Source of the DNA: Gemmatimonadales bacterium
Lineage (GTDB): Bacteria > Gemmatimonadota > Gemmatimonadetes > Gemmatimonadales > JACORV01
Direction: 5' to 3'
DNA length: 61,422 nt
NCBI GenBank assembly: GCA_035623755.1
Contig: DASPSV010000110.1
Span: 1-61,422, forward strand
In this document: positions 1 through 8,996 of the stretch, piece by piece
How the letters are laid out: the number at the start of each line of letters is the position of its first letter
How positions within the stretch are numbered: position 1 is the stretch's first letter
Position numbers and translations under genes: made by a program
The notes under the pieces: model-generated
Databases searched by the model: none
Seen by the model: the letters and a program-made list of their open reading frames with translations, nothing else
Told to the model about the DNA's origin: nothing

Positions 1-84
1 CGCGCGCGTCGTGCAGCTGAAGGAGGAGTCCAGGCCGCCGTGGGCTCAGGCTGGAGACGGCCGTTCGCCGCACTGAGAACTCTG

Positions 85-1254
85 CTAACGCACCACGGTT
101 CGCTTGGTGGGCTCCCAGACCGCGTTCACTTCCCCCCGCAGCGCCCGGATCCACGCCTCGAGCGCCGCCACGACCCCCGACACCACGTAGGCCGGCACCG
201 CCACGAGCCGCGGGGCGCGGCGGGTCTCGGGCCACCACCACCCCACCGCCGCCAGCACGAGCGGCACCACGCAGACGAGCGCGAGCGGCCAGGAGCGCAG
301 CGCCCAGGCCAGCAGCAGCCAACCGGCCGCGGCGAGCGCGAGTCCCCACGGCGCGAGCCAGCGCACCAGCTTGTGGCTGGCCAGCATCCAGGCGAACGCG
401 CCGTAGCGCAGCGGGTTGAGGAGCGCGCGCTTGTACCACAGCGTCTCCAGCCCGCGCACCAGCGTGCGCACCTTGCGCCGGTACTCGCGGTGCAGCGAGC
501 GGATCCGCGGCACGTAGCACACCGCCTCGTTGACCGACACGGCGCGGAAGCCGCGCTCGCGGGCGATGAGCGCGCAGGCGAAGTCGCGGCTCAGCGCCGG
601 CGGGAACTCGGACAGGTGCAGCTCCCGGCGGATGGCGTAGAAGCAGCCCGACGCACCCACGATCGAGCCGACCCGCGTCTCGAGGTCGCGCACCTTCATC
701 TCGTAGCCCACGTAGCCCGACTCGCCGACGTTGAGGTCGCGGTCCAGCTCGGCGACGCTGACGTCGCGCCCCGAGGCGACGCCGACCGTGGGGTCGGCGA
801 ACCGCGCGACCAGCGGCTTGATGGCGCCGGGCGCGATCCGCACCGAGGCGTCGGTGTTGACGACGATGTCGCCCGTGAGGTGCGCCCGCGCCAGGTTCTC
901 GGCCGCGATCTTGCCGCCGCGCGACGGCGTCCGCAGCAGCTCGACGCCGCGGGCCGCGTAGCCGCGGACGATCTCGTCGGTGCGGTCGGTCGAGCCGTCG
1001 GACACCACCAGCACCTGGCGGCGGTCGGCGGGATAGTCGGTGGCGAGGATGGCGTCGAGGGTGGCCGCGATGGCCCGCTCCTCGTTGTAGGCGGGCACGG
1101 TCACGCTGATCCGCGGCCACGCGGCCGGCTCGGGCGCCGGCGCCGGCCGAGGCCGCGCGAGGCCGACGAGCCTGAGGAGGAGGGGATAGCCGAAGTACGC
1201 GTACCAGGCGACCAGCACGCCCAGCGCCAGCAGGACGATCGCGACCGCCGTCAC
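85..1254 (-). CDS. Membrane-anchored family-2 glycosyltransferase
   Basis: Only the last 390 codons of tracked ORF 85..2103(-) look real. The GTG at 1254 overlaps the wecB stop (GTGA). An N-terminal TM helix is followed by 'ISVTVPAYNEE', 'VVSDGSTDRT' and 'VNTDAS' (GT-A/GT2 motifs), then C-terminal TM helices. The upstream part of the tracked ORF is Arg/Gly/Pro junk overlapping wecB in another frame. Confidence 0.85.
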   Translation of the reverse strand: MTAVAIVLLALGVLVAWYAYFGYPLLLRLVGLARPRPAPAPEPAAWPRISVTVPAYNEERAIAATLDAILATDYPADRRQVLVVSDGSTDRTDEIVRGYAARGVELLRTPSRGGKIAAENLARAHLTGDIVVNTDASVRIAPGAIKPLVARFADPTVGVASGRDVSVAELDRDLNVGESGYVGYEMKVRDLETRVGSIVGASGCFYAIRRELHLSEFPPALSRDFACALIARERGFRAVSVNEAVCYVPRIRSLHREYRRKVRTLVRGLETLWYKRALLNPLRYGAFAWMLASHKLVRWLAPWGLALAAAGWLLLAWALRSWPLALVCVVPLVLAAVGWWWPETRRAPRLVAVPAYVVSGVVAALEAWIRALRGEVNAVWEPTKRTVVR

Positions 1255-2369
1255 ACCCGGTAGCCGGCCCCGTCGACGAGGACCTCGAGGATGCGGTCGG
1301 CCGTGTGGCCGTCCCACCGCTCGATCGGCCGCGCCACGGGGCGCCGCGCGCGGAGCGCCTCGCCGGCGGCCTCGAGGATCGCGTCGCGCTCCGCCTTCAC
1401 CAGGCGGTTGGTGCCCTCGGTGCAGGTGATGGGCCGCTCGGTGGACGGCCGCACCGTGAGGCACGGCACGCCCAGGAACGTCGTCTCCTCCTGCAAACCG
1501 CCCGAGTCGGTCACGACCAGGGCCGCCCGGTCCTCCAGCGACAGCGTCTCGAGGTAGGGGATCGGGTCGAGGAGCTTGAGGGCCGCGCCCGGCGGCGCGG
1601 TCCAGCCCATCTCGGCGATCCGGCCGCGGGTCCGCGGGTGCACGGGGAAGACGACCGGCATCCGCCGGGCCAGCTCGCCCAGGGTGTCCAGCAGCACCCG
1701 CAGCGTCGCGGGCGCGTCCACGTTGTTCGGCCGGTGGAGCGTGACCAGGACGAAGGGGCCCTTGTCCACCCCGTGGCGCGCCGCGGCGCGGCTCGCGCGG
1801 GCGCGCGGCAGCGAGGCCACCAGGCTGTCGATCATGACGTTGCCCACGAGGTGCACGCGCTCGGCGGGCACGCCCTCGGCGCGGAGGTTGTCGACCGCGT
1901 CGCGCGAGGGCGCGAGCAGCCAGTCGGCCAGCCGGTCGGTGACGACCCGATTGATCTCCTCCGGCATCGTCCAGTCGCGGCTCCGCAGCCCGGCCTCGAC
2001 GTGCGCCACCTTGACGCCGAGCTTGGCGGCGACGAGCGCGGCGGCCACGGTCGAGTTCACGTCGCCGTAGACGACCACCGCGGCCGGCGCGACCTCGAGG
2101 CACACGGGCTCGAAGCGCTGCATGATGAGCGCCGTCTGCGTGGCGTGGGACCCGGAGCCGACCTCGAGGTTGTGGTCGGGCCGCGGGATCCCCAGCTCCT
2201 GGAAGAAGGTGTCCGACATCTCGGCGTCGTAGTGCTGGCCGGTGTGGACGATGACGTGACGCACCGCGGGGCGCCGCGCGGCGGCGCGCGCCACCGGCGC
2301 GAGCTTCATGAAGTTGGGACGCGCTCCCACCACCGAGAGCAGCGTGCCCGGCGTGCCGCCCCCCCCCAC
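1251..2369 (-). CDS. wecB: UDP-N-acetylglucosamine 2-epimerase (non-hydrolysing)
   Basis: Hallmarks: 'VVGARPNFMKLAPV', 'HTGQHYD', 'YGDVNST', 'HVEAGLRS', 'PEEINR', 'DSGGLQEE'. The GTG at 2369 is the first start codon downstream of the OPX stop at 2381. The N-terminal 67 codons of tracked ORF 1251..2570 overlap the OPX gene and are junk-like. Confidence 0.9.
   Translation of the reverse strand: MGGGGTPGTLLSVVGARPNFMKLAPVARAAARRPAVRHVIVHTGQHYDAEMSDTFFQELGIPRPDHNLEVGSGSHATQTALIMQRFEPVCLEVAPAAVVVYGDVNSTVAAALVAAKLGVKVAHVEAGLRSRDWTMPEEINRVVTDRLADWLLAPSRDAVDNLRAEGVPAERVHLVGNVMIDSLVASLPRARASRAAARHGVDKGPFVLVTLHRPNNVDAPATLRVLLDTLGELARRMPVVFPVHPRTRGRIAEMGWTAPPGAALKLLDPIPYLETLSLEDRAALVVTDSGGLQEETTFLGVPCLTVRPSTERPITCTEGTNRLVKAERDAILEAAGEALRARRPVARPIERWDGHTADRILEVLVDGAGYRV
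2359..2367. repeat. Homopolymer C9 on the + strand (G9 on the wecB coding strand)
   Basis: Read directly: 'gccgcc cccccccacg'. On the minus strand this is GTG GGG GGG GGC, so the tract starts inside the wecB start codon. Confidence 0.95.
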
Positions 2370-2380
2370 GGGCGCGGCGC

Positions 2381-3190
2381 CTACTTCACGAGCTGATAGA
2401 GGGCGTAGAACGCGATCGGCAGCTGCGCCGCGTAGATGAGCATCTGGGCCGTCTGCCCCGGGTTGGGCGGGGCGACGATCGGCACCACCACCCGGTCGCC
2501 GGCCTGGAGGTCGAGCACCGCGATGGTCCGGCGCTCGCGCAGCGCCACCTGCACCGAGTCGGGCGGCCACAGCTGCGCGCTGCCGCGCTCGACGTACGCC
2601 TTCGCCAGGCTCGCGCCGACGGCGAGGCCGCCGGCGGCGGTGATGGCGTCCTCGAGCAGCGCGTCGCGCGGGAGCGCGTAGAAACCGGCCCGCACCACCC
2701 CGCCGGTGATGGCGATCCGCGTCAGCAGCACCACCTGCACCGCCGCCTGGCGGTACACGCTGTCCACCGCCGTGGTGATCCGGTCCTCGAGCTCGGAGCG
2801 CAGCACGCCCACGAGCGGGACGATCCCCACCACCGGCAGCACCAGCGACGGTCCCTGCGTGACCGTGAAGCTGTCCGACAGGTCGCGCTGCTCCGCCACC
2901 CGCAGCCGCAGGCGGTCGCCCACGCGCATGTCGCCGTCCCTGAGCCGCGCCTGGATCGTGTCCACGTCGGCGCGGGCCTGCGCGCGCAGCTCGGCGCTGT
3001 ACGCCGGCGAGGCGGCGGCGGCCTGGTAGCGCGCCAGCACCTGCACCAGCTGCTGGCGGCTGATGGCCGGGTCGTGGAAGTCCCAGGGGTCGGGCTGCTG
3101 CTGCGCCGCGGCGGTCGTGGCCAGGACGGCGAGGCCGAGGGCCAGGCAGGCGCCGTGCGCGGCGCGGCGGACGGTCACGCGGACGGTCAC
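2381..3190 (-). CDS. Outer-membrane polysaccharide export (OPX, Wza-like) protein, short form
   Basis: Last 269 codons of tracked ORF 2381..5536(-). The GTG at 3190 overlaps the wzc stop (GTGA). Signal peptide 'ACLALGLAVLATTAAAQ'. Poly_export/SLBB-like 'MRVGDRLRLRV...LVLPVVGIVPLVGVLRSELEDRI' and 'LQAGDRVVVP'. Hydrophobic C-terminal helix 'MLIYAAQLPIAFYALYQLVK'. Confidence 0.8.
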   Translation of the reverse strand: MTVRVTVRRAAHGACLALGLAVLATTAAAQQQPDPWDFHDPAISRQQLVQVLARYQAAAASPAYSAELRAQARADVDTIQARLRDGDMRVGDRLRLRVAEQRDLSDSFTVTQGPSLVLPVVGIVPLVGVLRSELEDRITTAVDSVYRQAAVQVVLLTRIAITGGVVRAGFYALPRDALLEDAITAAGGLAVGASLAKAYVERGSAQLWPPDSVQVALRERRTIAVLDLQAGDRVVVPIVAPPNPGQTAQMLIYAAQLPIAFYALYQLVK

Positions 3191-5610
3191 GAGCCGTTCC
3201 CCTTCCCCGGCAGCGCGCGCAGCACGCTGTCCGCGCCGCTCTCCTCGGAGGTCTCGTACCCGGGCAGGTACGAGTAGTGGTAGTAGTGCTCGTAGCCCTG
3301 CCCCGGGCGCACGTCGTTCAGCACCGCGCCCAGCACCCGGATCGGCAGGCGGCTCACCGCGCCGAGCTTGGCGAGGGCGAACTCGCGGTCGGTCACGCCG
3401 GTGCGCAGCACCAGCACCAGGTTGCCCGTCAGCGTCCCCACCACCAGCGGATCGACGCCGGCGCCGAGCGGCGCGCAGTCGACGATGATGACGCCGTACT
3501 GGTTGCGGAGCCCGATCAGGAGCTGCGACATCGCCGCCGAGGCCAGCAGCTCCGGCCCGGCGTTCTTGCGCGTGCCGCAGGCGATGAAGTCCACGCCGTC
3601 GATCGAGGTCTTCTGGACGATGTCCTCGCGCGAGGCCTGCCCGCCGAGGTGGTCGATCAGCCCCGGCTTGCGCGGCCGCTCGAACACCCGGTGCAGGCTG
3701 CCGCGCCGGATGTCGCCGTCGATCACCATCGTGCGGTGGCCGGCGTCGGCGAACGACACCGCGAGGTTGGAGGCGAGGAACGACTTGCCGTCGCCGCCCG
3801 CCGGGCTCGAGATCACGATGACCAGCGGGCCGGCCGAGCCGTAGGCGTGCTGGAGGTTGAGCCGGATCGAGCGCAGCGCCTCGACCACCTGCGCCTGGGT
3901 CTCGGCGCCCGCGAGGCGGTTGCCGTTGCGGAGCCGCGGGATGGCGCCGAGGATGGGCAGGCCCATCCCGTCGGTCACCTGCTCCGGGTAGCGCAGCCGC
4001 CGGTCGAGCCGGTCGAGGAACAGCGCCAGCAGCACCGACGCGCCGAGCCCGCCGATGATGCCGAGCGCGAGCAGCATCTTGGCGCGGCTGGCGAGCGGCT
4101 TCTCGGGCGCCACCGCGCGGTCGAGGATGCGCACGTCGGGGATGCTGCTCACCTCCGCCAGCCGCGCCTCCTCGTAGCGCTGCTGCAGCGTGGTGTAGAG
4201 GTTCTCGGCGATCGCCACGTCGCGGCGGAGCCGCGCCTCCTCGATCGCGCGCTGCGGGATCTGCTGCAGCTCGCGGGACGCGGAGCCGATCCGCGCGTCG
4301 GAGTCGCGCACCCGGGCCGCCAGCTCCACCGCCAGCTTCTGCGCCAGCTCCGGCACCGCGTGGTGCTGGAGGTCGCCGATCTCGGCGTTGAGCCGCTGCA
4401 GCGGCGGGTACACCGAGCCGAACTGCAGCCGCATCGCCCGCGCCTCGGCCTCCTTCGCCGCCAGCTGGTTCAGCGCCGCCGACAGCTCCGACGACCCGCG
4501 CACCGAGGGGATCACCTCGAGCTGCATCGCCGCGACCTCGGAGTCGCGCTGCGCCAGCGCCGCCAGGATGTTCATCCGGTCGCGGTCGAGCTGCTCGCGC
4601 TCCACCCGCATCTCGAAGAAGGAGCGGAACACGGGATCGCGCGTCTGCTCGAGCCCGGGCGTGACCGGCGCGGACTGCTCGGACGGCAGCGTGATGGTGC
4701 GGACCCGGAAGGTCTCGAGCGCACCCTCGGAGCGCCGCAGGTCGGTGTAGGAGGAGGTCAGCTGCTCGTTGAGGATCTTGCTCAGCTCCGACAGCTTCTG
4801 GCGCTTCAGCTCCGCGGCCACCTCGACGAACCGGTCCGCCACCGCGTTCAGCGTGGTGGCCGTCGCGTTGGGGCTCGGGCCGGTCAGCACCAGCCGCAGG
4901 AAGCTCCCCTGGTTCGGCAGCACGGCCTGCAGCTCGTCGCGCAGGGTCAGCGCCGCGTCGCGCGGGTCGCGCACCCGGAAGCGGATCTGCCGGCCCGGCC
5001 ACAGGTCCCGCGGGCTCGGCACCCACTCCAGGCCCACGGCGTTGCCCACCGAGTCGCCCACGTTGCCGCGCTGGATCTGCCGCTCGCCCGCGCTCAGCGC
5101 GAACGTCCGCCCGTCCTTGGAGACGTCGAGGCGGTAGTCCGCCGGCGCGAACGCCGACTTCAGCTGCAGCGTGCCGAACGCGGCCCGGTCGGCCGGGTTG
5201 TGGGTCACGAGGTAGAAGCGCTGCTGCCGGACGACCTGGTCCAGGACCACGAACGACTGCAGCAGGTCCACCCACGACGCCCACTGCAGCAGCCCGCCGG
5301 ACTGGATCGGACCCACGTTCTGCCGCTGGTCCTGGGTGCTCGGCACCTGGATCCACAGCGTCGCCTGCGCCTGGTACACGGGCGACTGCATGTGGCTCAG
5401 CACGAACCCGATGCCCGTCCCGGCGAGCGTGATCGCGATGATCAGCCACTTCCGCCTGAGCAGCGCCTGGGCGATGCGGCGGACGTCGACCGGCTGCTCC
5501 TCGTCGGGCGGCGTGCCCCTCGCCAGGTCCACCCACGGGCCCGGAGGCATCGCGCCGGTCGGCACGGTCAGGGCACGGGAAGACTCTGGCTGCTCGGGAT
5601 TGTCGATCAC
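3187..5610 (-). CDS. wzc: Polysaccharide co-polymerase / bacterial tyrosine autokinase (Wzc/GumC-like, PCP-2a)
   Basis: Full 807-aa ORF. The GTG at 5610 is preceded by AGGTGG 7 nt upstream. An N-terminal TM helix is followed by a long coiled-coil region and a second TM helix. Kinase motifs: Walker A 'SSPAGGDGKS', A-prime 'VIDGDIRRG', Walker B 'VIIVDCAP'. C-terminal Tyr cluster 'YEHYYHYSYLPGY'. Confidence 0.9.
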   Translation of the reverse strand: MIDNPEQPESSRALTVPTGAMPPGPWVDLARGTPPDEEQPVDVRRIAQALLRRKWLIIAITLAGTGIGFVLSHMQSPVYQAQATLWIQVPSTQDQRQNVGPIQSGGLLQWASWVDLLQSFVVLDQVVRQQRFYLVTHNPADRAAFGTLQLKSAFAPADYRLDVSKDGRTFALSAGERQIQRGNVGDSVGNAVGLEWVPSPRDLWPGRQIRFRVRDPRDAALTLRDELQAVLPNQGSFLRLVLTGPSPNATATTLNAVADRFVEVAAELKRQKLSELSKILNEQLTSSYTDLRRSEGALETFRVRTITLPSEQSAPVTPGLEQTRDPVFRSFFEMRVEREQLDRDRMNILAALAQRDSEVAAMQLEVIPSVRGSSELSAALNQLAAKEAEARAMRLQFGSVYPPLQRLNAEIGDLQHHAVPELAQKLAVELAARVRDSDARIGSASRELQQIPQRAIEEARLRRDVAIAENLYTTLQQRYEEARLAEVSSIPDVRILDRAVAPEKPLASRAKMLLALGIIGGLGASVLLALFLDRLDRRLRYPEQVTDGMGLPILGAIPRLRNGNRLAGAETQAQVVEALRSIRLNLQHAYGSAGPLVIVISSPAGGDGKSFLASNLAVSFADAGHRTMVIDGDIRRGSLHRVFERPRKPGLIDHLGGQASREDIVQKTSIDGVDFIACGTRKNAGPELLASAAMSQLLIGLRNQYGVIIVDCAPLGAGVDPLVVGTLTGNLVLVLRTGVTDREFALAKLGAVSRLPIRVLGAVLNDVRPGQGYEHYYHYSYLPGYETSEESGADSVLRALPGKGNGS

Positions 5611-5854
5611 GCTAGGACCACCTGCCGTTGGGATGCACGTCGGTATTGCGCCTAATCTAGTACCATCCAGCGCCTTGCGTCACCGCGCCCGGGGCCGGCA
5701 CGACCGCCCCGCGCGGAGATGATGCAGCGGCGGCCGCCGAGTCTCCGTCGGACCCCGGTGGCGCAAGAGTTACGCCTTGCCCGCCAGCAACATACACCAA
5801 GGCGCGGGAGAAGGCTTCAAACCGATAACTTATAATCCACCAAGAGCTTCGGAA

Positions 5855-6982
5855 TTACAAGCGACCCACGGTTCGATAGACGGATTCGTAGCGGTCGAGC
5901 CACGGTTCCTCGGCGAATTCGTGGCCCAGACGCTCCAGCGCCTTGAGCGCGCGGCCCGAGGCCGCCGCCGGGTCCGCCAGCACGGCGCGGACGGCCGCCG
6001 CCAGGGCCCCGGGATCCTCCGGCGGCACGAGCAGCGCCTCGCCCGGCCCGACGACGTCGGGCACGCCCCCCACCGCGGTGGCGACGATCGGCGTCGTGGC
6101 GGCCATCGCCTCCAGCAGGACGATCGGCGTGCCCTCGCTGCGCGAGCTCAGGACGAAGGCGTCGAAGGCGGCGAGCAGCCGGCCGGCCCCGGGCACCAGG
6201 CCCGGCCACGCGATTCGGTCGGCCACGCCCAGCCGCGCCGCCAGGGCGCGGGCCGGCGCCGCCTCCGGACCGTCGCCGACGACGGCGGCGGACACCGGCA
6301 GGTCCCCGAGCGCGGCCATCGCGCGCACCAGCACGTCGGCGCCCTTCTCGCGCGTGAGCCGCCCGATCCACCCGATGCACAGCCCCTCCGCCGGCAGGCC
6401 GAGGGCGGCCCGCGCGGCTGCGCGCGGCTCGGCCGTGCCCGCGCCCATCCACGCGTTCCGCACCAGGTGGATGCGCTCGCGCGGCGTGCCGGCGCGCGCC
6501 AGCTGCTCGACCTGCGGCACGGAGACGGCGATCACCGCGTCGAAGCGGCGGAAGGCGCGCAGCTGGAGCCGCTCGTACAGCCGGTCCTTCCAGCCGCCGC
6601 CCGTGAAGCCGTGGACCGTCGTCACGGTGGGCAGGCCCAGGCGGCGCGCGGCCGGCGCATCCACGACGTCCGGGCGGTAGCCGTGGGTGTGGACGACGCG
6701 CGGGCCGAGGGTGCGGCACAGCTCGGCGACGGCGGCGCGCTCGCGCCCGTAGGCGCGGCCGGGGACGCGGACCGCGTGGATCGCGACGCCGGCGGCGCGG
6801 AGCGCGCCCAGGATCGGCGGCTCGTCCCGCGGCGGGCCCGGGAGCACCGCGGCGAGCGCGACCTCGTGGCCGCGGCGCCGGTGCCCGGTGGCCAGGGCCT
6901 CGATCACGCGCTGCATGCCGCCCACCTCGGTCGGCAGCACGACGTGCAGGATGCGGAGCGGTGCGGAGGGGCCGTCGGGCAC
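5855..6982 (-). CDS. Family-4 (GT-B) glycosyltransferase
   Basis: N-terminal 'LRILHVVLPTEVGGMQR'. C-terminal 'SSRSEGTPIVLLEAMAATTPIVATAVGGVPDVV' (EX7E region). GTG start at 6982. Confidence 0.9.
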   Translation of the reverse strand: MPDGPSAPLRILHVVLPTEVGGMQRVIEALATGHRRRGHEVALAAVLPGPPRDEPPILGALRAAGVAIHAVRVPGRAYGRERAAVAELCRTLGPRVVHTHGYRPDVVDAPAARRLGLPTVTTVHGFTGGGWKDRLYERLQLRAFRRFDAVIAVSVPQVEQLARAGTPRERIHLVRNAWMGAGTAEPRAAARAALGLPAEGLCIGWIGRLTREKGADVLVRAMAALGDLPVSAAVVGDGPEAAPARALAARLGVADRIAWPGLVPGAGRLLAAFDAFVLSSRSEGTPIVLLEAMAATTPIVATAVGGVPDVVGPGEALLVPPEDPGALAAAVRAVLADPAAASGRALKALERLGHEFAEEPWLDRYESVYRTVGRL

Positions 6983-7073
6983 GGGTGAATGTTAGCTCCC
7001 ACCCGGCGCGCCCGACCAGCGGCGCGCGGGGGCGATTTGCCGCCGCCGTGCCCGCGTTCTAGCTTGCGTCCCC

Positions 7074-8996
7074 ATGTGCGGCATCGTCGGCATCGTCCAC
7101 CACGCGCAGGACCGGCCCGTGCTCCCGTCGGCCGTCCGCGGGATGTGCGACGCCATCCGCCACCGCGGCCCGGACGACGAGGGGCTGCACGTCGAGGGTC
7201 CGGCCGGCATCGGGATGCGGCGGCTCAGCATCATCGACCTCGCCGGCGGGCACCAGCCGATCTACAACGAGGACAAGTCCTGCGTCATCGTCTTCAACGG
7301 CGAGATCTACAACTACAAGGAGCTGCGCGAGGGCCTGCTCCGGCGCGGCCACGTCCTGGCGACGCACAGCGACACCGAGGCGATCGTCCACCTCTACGAG
7401 GACATGGGCGAGCGCTGCGTGGAGCCGCTGCGCGGGATGTTCGCCTTCGCCATCTGGGACGCGAAGCGGCGCCGGCTGCTGCTGGCGCGCGACCGCTTCG
7501 GCATCAAGCCGCTGTACGTGGTGGAGGCGCCGTGGGGCCTGGCGTTCGCCTCCGAGCTGAAGGCGCTCGTCGCCGCCGGCCTCACCGAGCGGTCGCTGGA
7601 CTGGCAGGCGCTCGACGCCTTCTTCCAGCTCGGCTACATCCCCGCGCCGCTGTCGCCGTTTCGGGACGTGCGCAAGCTCGAGCCCGGCTTCACGCTGGCG
7701 TGGGAGGCCGGCCGGGGCGCGGTGCGCCGGCGCTACTGGGACCTGCCGACGGAGCGCCGCGACGCGCCGCCGGACGCCGAGGAGCGGGTGCTGGCCTGGC
7801 TGGACGACTCGGTGAAGGCGCACCTGGTGAGCGACGTGCCGGTGGCGGCGTTCCTGAGCGGCGGGCTCGACTCCTCGGCGGTCGTGGCCTCGATGGCGCT
7901 CGCGGGCGAGGTGCCGCACGCCTTCACGGCGCGCTACCACGGCAGCTCGGCGGGCATGGCGGACGAGTCGGGCCTGGCGCGCGCGCTCGCCGACCGCTAC
8001 GGCGCCAAGCTGTCGGTGATCGACGTGCACCCCGACCTGACGCGGCTCATCGAGCCGATCGTCGCGGCGCTCGACGAGCCGCACGCCGACGAGTCGGCGA
8101 TCCCGAGCTGGCTGATCTCGGAGGCGGTGGGCGCCCAGTACAAGGTCGCGCTCACCGGCACCGGCGGCGACGAGATGTTCGCCGGCTACCGGCGCCACAT
8201 CGGCCTGCTGCTGGGCGGGTACGCGGCCCGCATCCCCGCCCCGCTGCGCCGCACGGCGTCCGCCGTCGCCAACGCGCTGCCCGAGCCCCGGAGCGGCGCG
8301 CTGGGCGTGGACCGGCTGAAGCGGTTCCTCCGCACCGGCGAGGGCGACGCGCCGGACCGGCTGCTGGGCTACTTCAGCCGCCTGCCCGCGCCGCTCCGGT
8401 CGGAGCTGTACGCGCCCGCGGTGCGCGGCGCCCTGCACGGCAACGCCGCCCTCGAGCGCTTCCGGGCGGCGCACGCCGACGGGGGCTTCGACGGCAGCCT
8501 GTCGGCGGCGCTGTACCTCGACTACAAGACCTACCTGCCCGACGACATCCTCATGCTGAGCGACCGGATGGCGATGGCCCACTCGCTGGAGATCCGGGTG
8601 CCGTTCGCCGACCACGTGCTGCTCGAGCAGGTCTTCCCGCTCCCGGACCGCCTCAAGGTCGGGCTCGGCAAGGCGAAGCGGCTGCTCCGGCGCGCGCTGC
8701 GCGAGCGGCTGCCCGACGCGCACTTCCGCGCGCCCAAGCGCGGCTTCGTGGGCCCGACGGCGTCGTGGCTGCGCCACGAGCTCCGGGGCGTGATCGAGGA
8801 CGAGCTGTCGGAGGCGCGGATCCGGCGGCTCGGCTTCTTCGAGCCCGCCACCGTGACCGGCCTGATGCGCGACCACTTCGCGCGCCGCCACAACCGCGAA
8901 GGGATGCTGTGGGAGCTGCTGTGCTTCTCGGTGTGGCACCGGACCTACGTGGAGGGCGCCGGCCCGCGCCGGCCGGCGGCGGGAGCGCGCGCATGA
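7074..8996 (+). CDS. asnB: Asparagine synthetase (glutamine-hydrolysing), EPS-locus type amidotransferase
   Basis: 'MCGIVG' provides the Ntn Cys2 nucleophile. 'AAFLSGGLDSS' is the PP-loop. 640 aa. The stop overlaps the next start (ATGA at 8993-8996). Confidence 0.9.
   Translation: MCGIVGIVHHAQDRPVLPSAVRGMCDAIRHRGPDDEGLHVEGPAGIGMRRLSIIDLAGGHQPIYNEDKSCVIVFNGEIYNYKELREGLLRRGHVLATHSDTEAIVHLYEDMGERCVEPLRGMFAFAIWDAKRRRLLLARDRFGIKPLYVVEAPWGLAFASELKALVAAGLTERSLDWQALDAFFQLGYIPAPLSPFRDVRKLEPGFTLAWEAGRGAVRRRYWDLPTERRDAPPDAEERVLAWLDDSVKAHLVSDVPVAAFLSGGLDSSAVVASMALAGEVPHAFTARYHGSSAGMADESGLARALADRYGAKLSVIDVHPDLTRLIEPIVAALDEPHADESAIPSWLISEAVGAQYKVALTGTGGDEMFAGYRRHIGLLLGGYAARIPAPLRRTASAVANALPEPRSGALGVDRLKRFLRTGEGDAPDRLLGYFSRLPAPLRSELYAPAVRGALHGNAALERFRAAHADGGFDGSLSAALYLDYKTYLPDDILMLSDRMAMAHSLEIRVPFADHVLLEQVFPLPDRLKVGLGKAKRLLRRALRERLPDAHFRAPKRGFVGPTASWLRHELRGVIEDELSEARIRRLGFFEPATVTGLMRDHFARRHNREGMLWELLCFSVWHRTYVEGAGPRRPAAGARA

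Noticed and set aside
2-75. Possible 3' end of a plus-strand gene at the left edge (...VVQLKEESRPPWAQAGDGRSPH*, TGA at 73-75)
   Set aside because: Only 24 codons are visible. GC3 is high, but that is true of most frames here, so there is too little to call.
3277-5655. 792-aa plus-strand ORF, and the 1051-aa minus-strand ORF 2381..5536 upstream of codon ~780
   Set aside because: Both overlap wzc, whose frame carries complete BY-kinase motifs and a Tyr cluster. The alternatives are low-complexity Arg/Gly/Pro/Ala/His translations.
5831-5836. Perfect TATAAT on the plus strand in the AT-rich island
   Set aside because: There is no acceptable -35 at 16-19 nt (TTCAAA is only 9 nt away). No plus-strand gene lies downstream; it would read antisense into the GT4 gene.
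7074-8996. Whether this AsnB homolog is the missing lasso cyclase for the B1/B2 cassette at 60 kb
   Set aside because: It retains the glutaminase Cys2 (MCGIVG) and a canonical PP-loop. It lies about 50 kb away in a different operon and matches the EPS-locus amidotransferase type. A cyclase is more likely just outside the right edge, if it exists.
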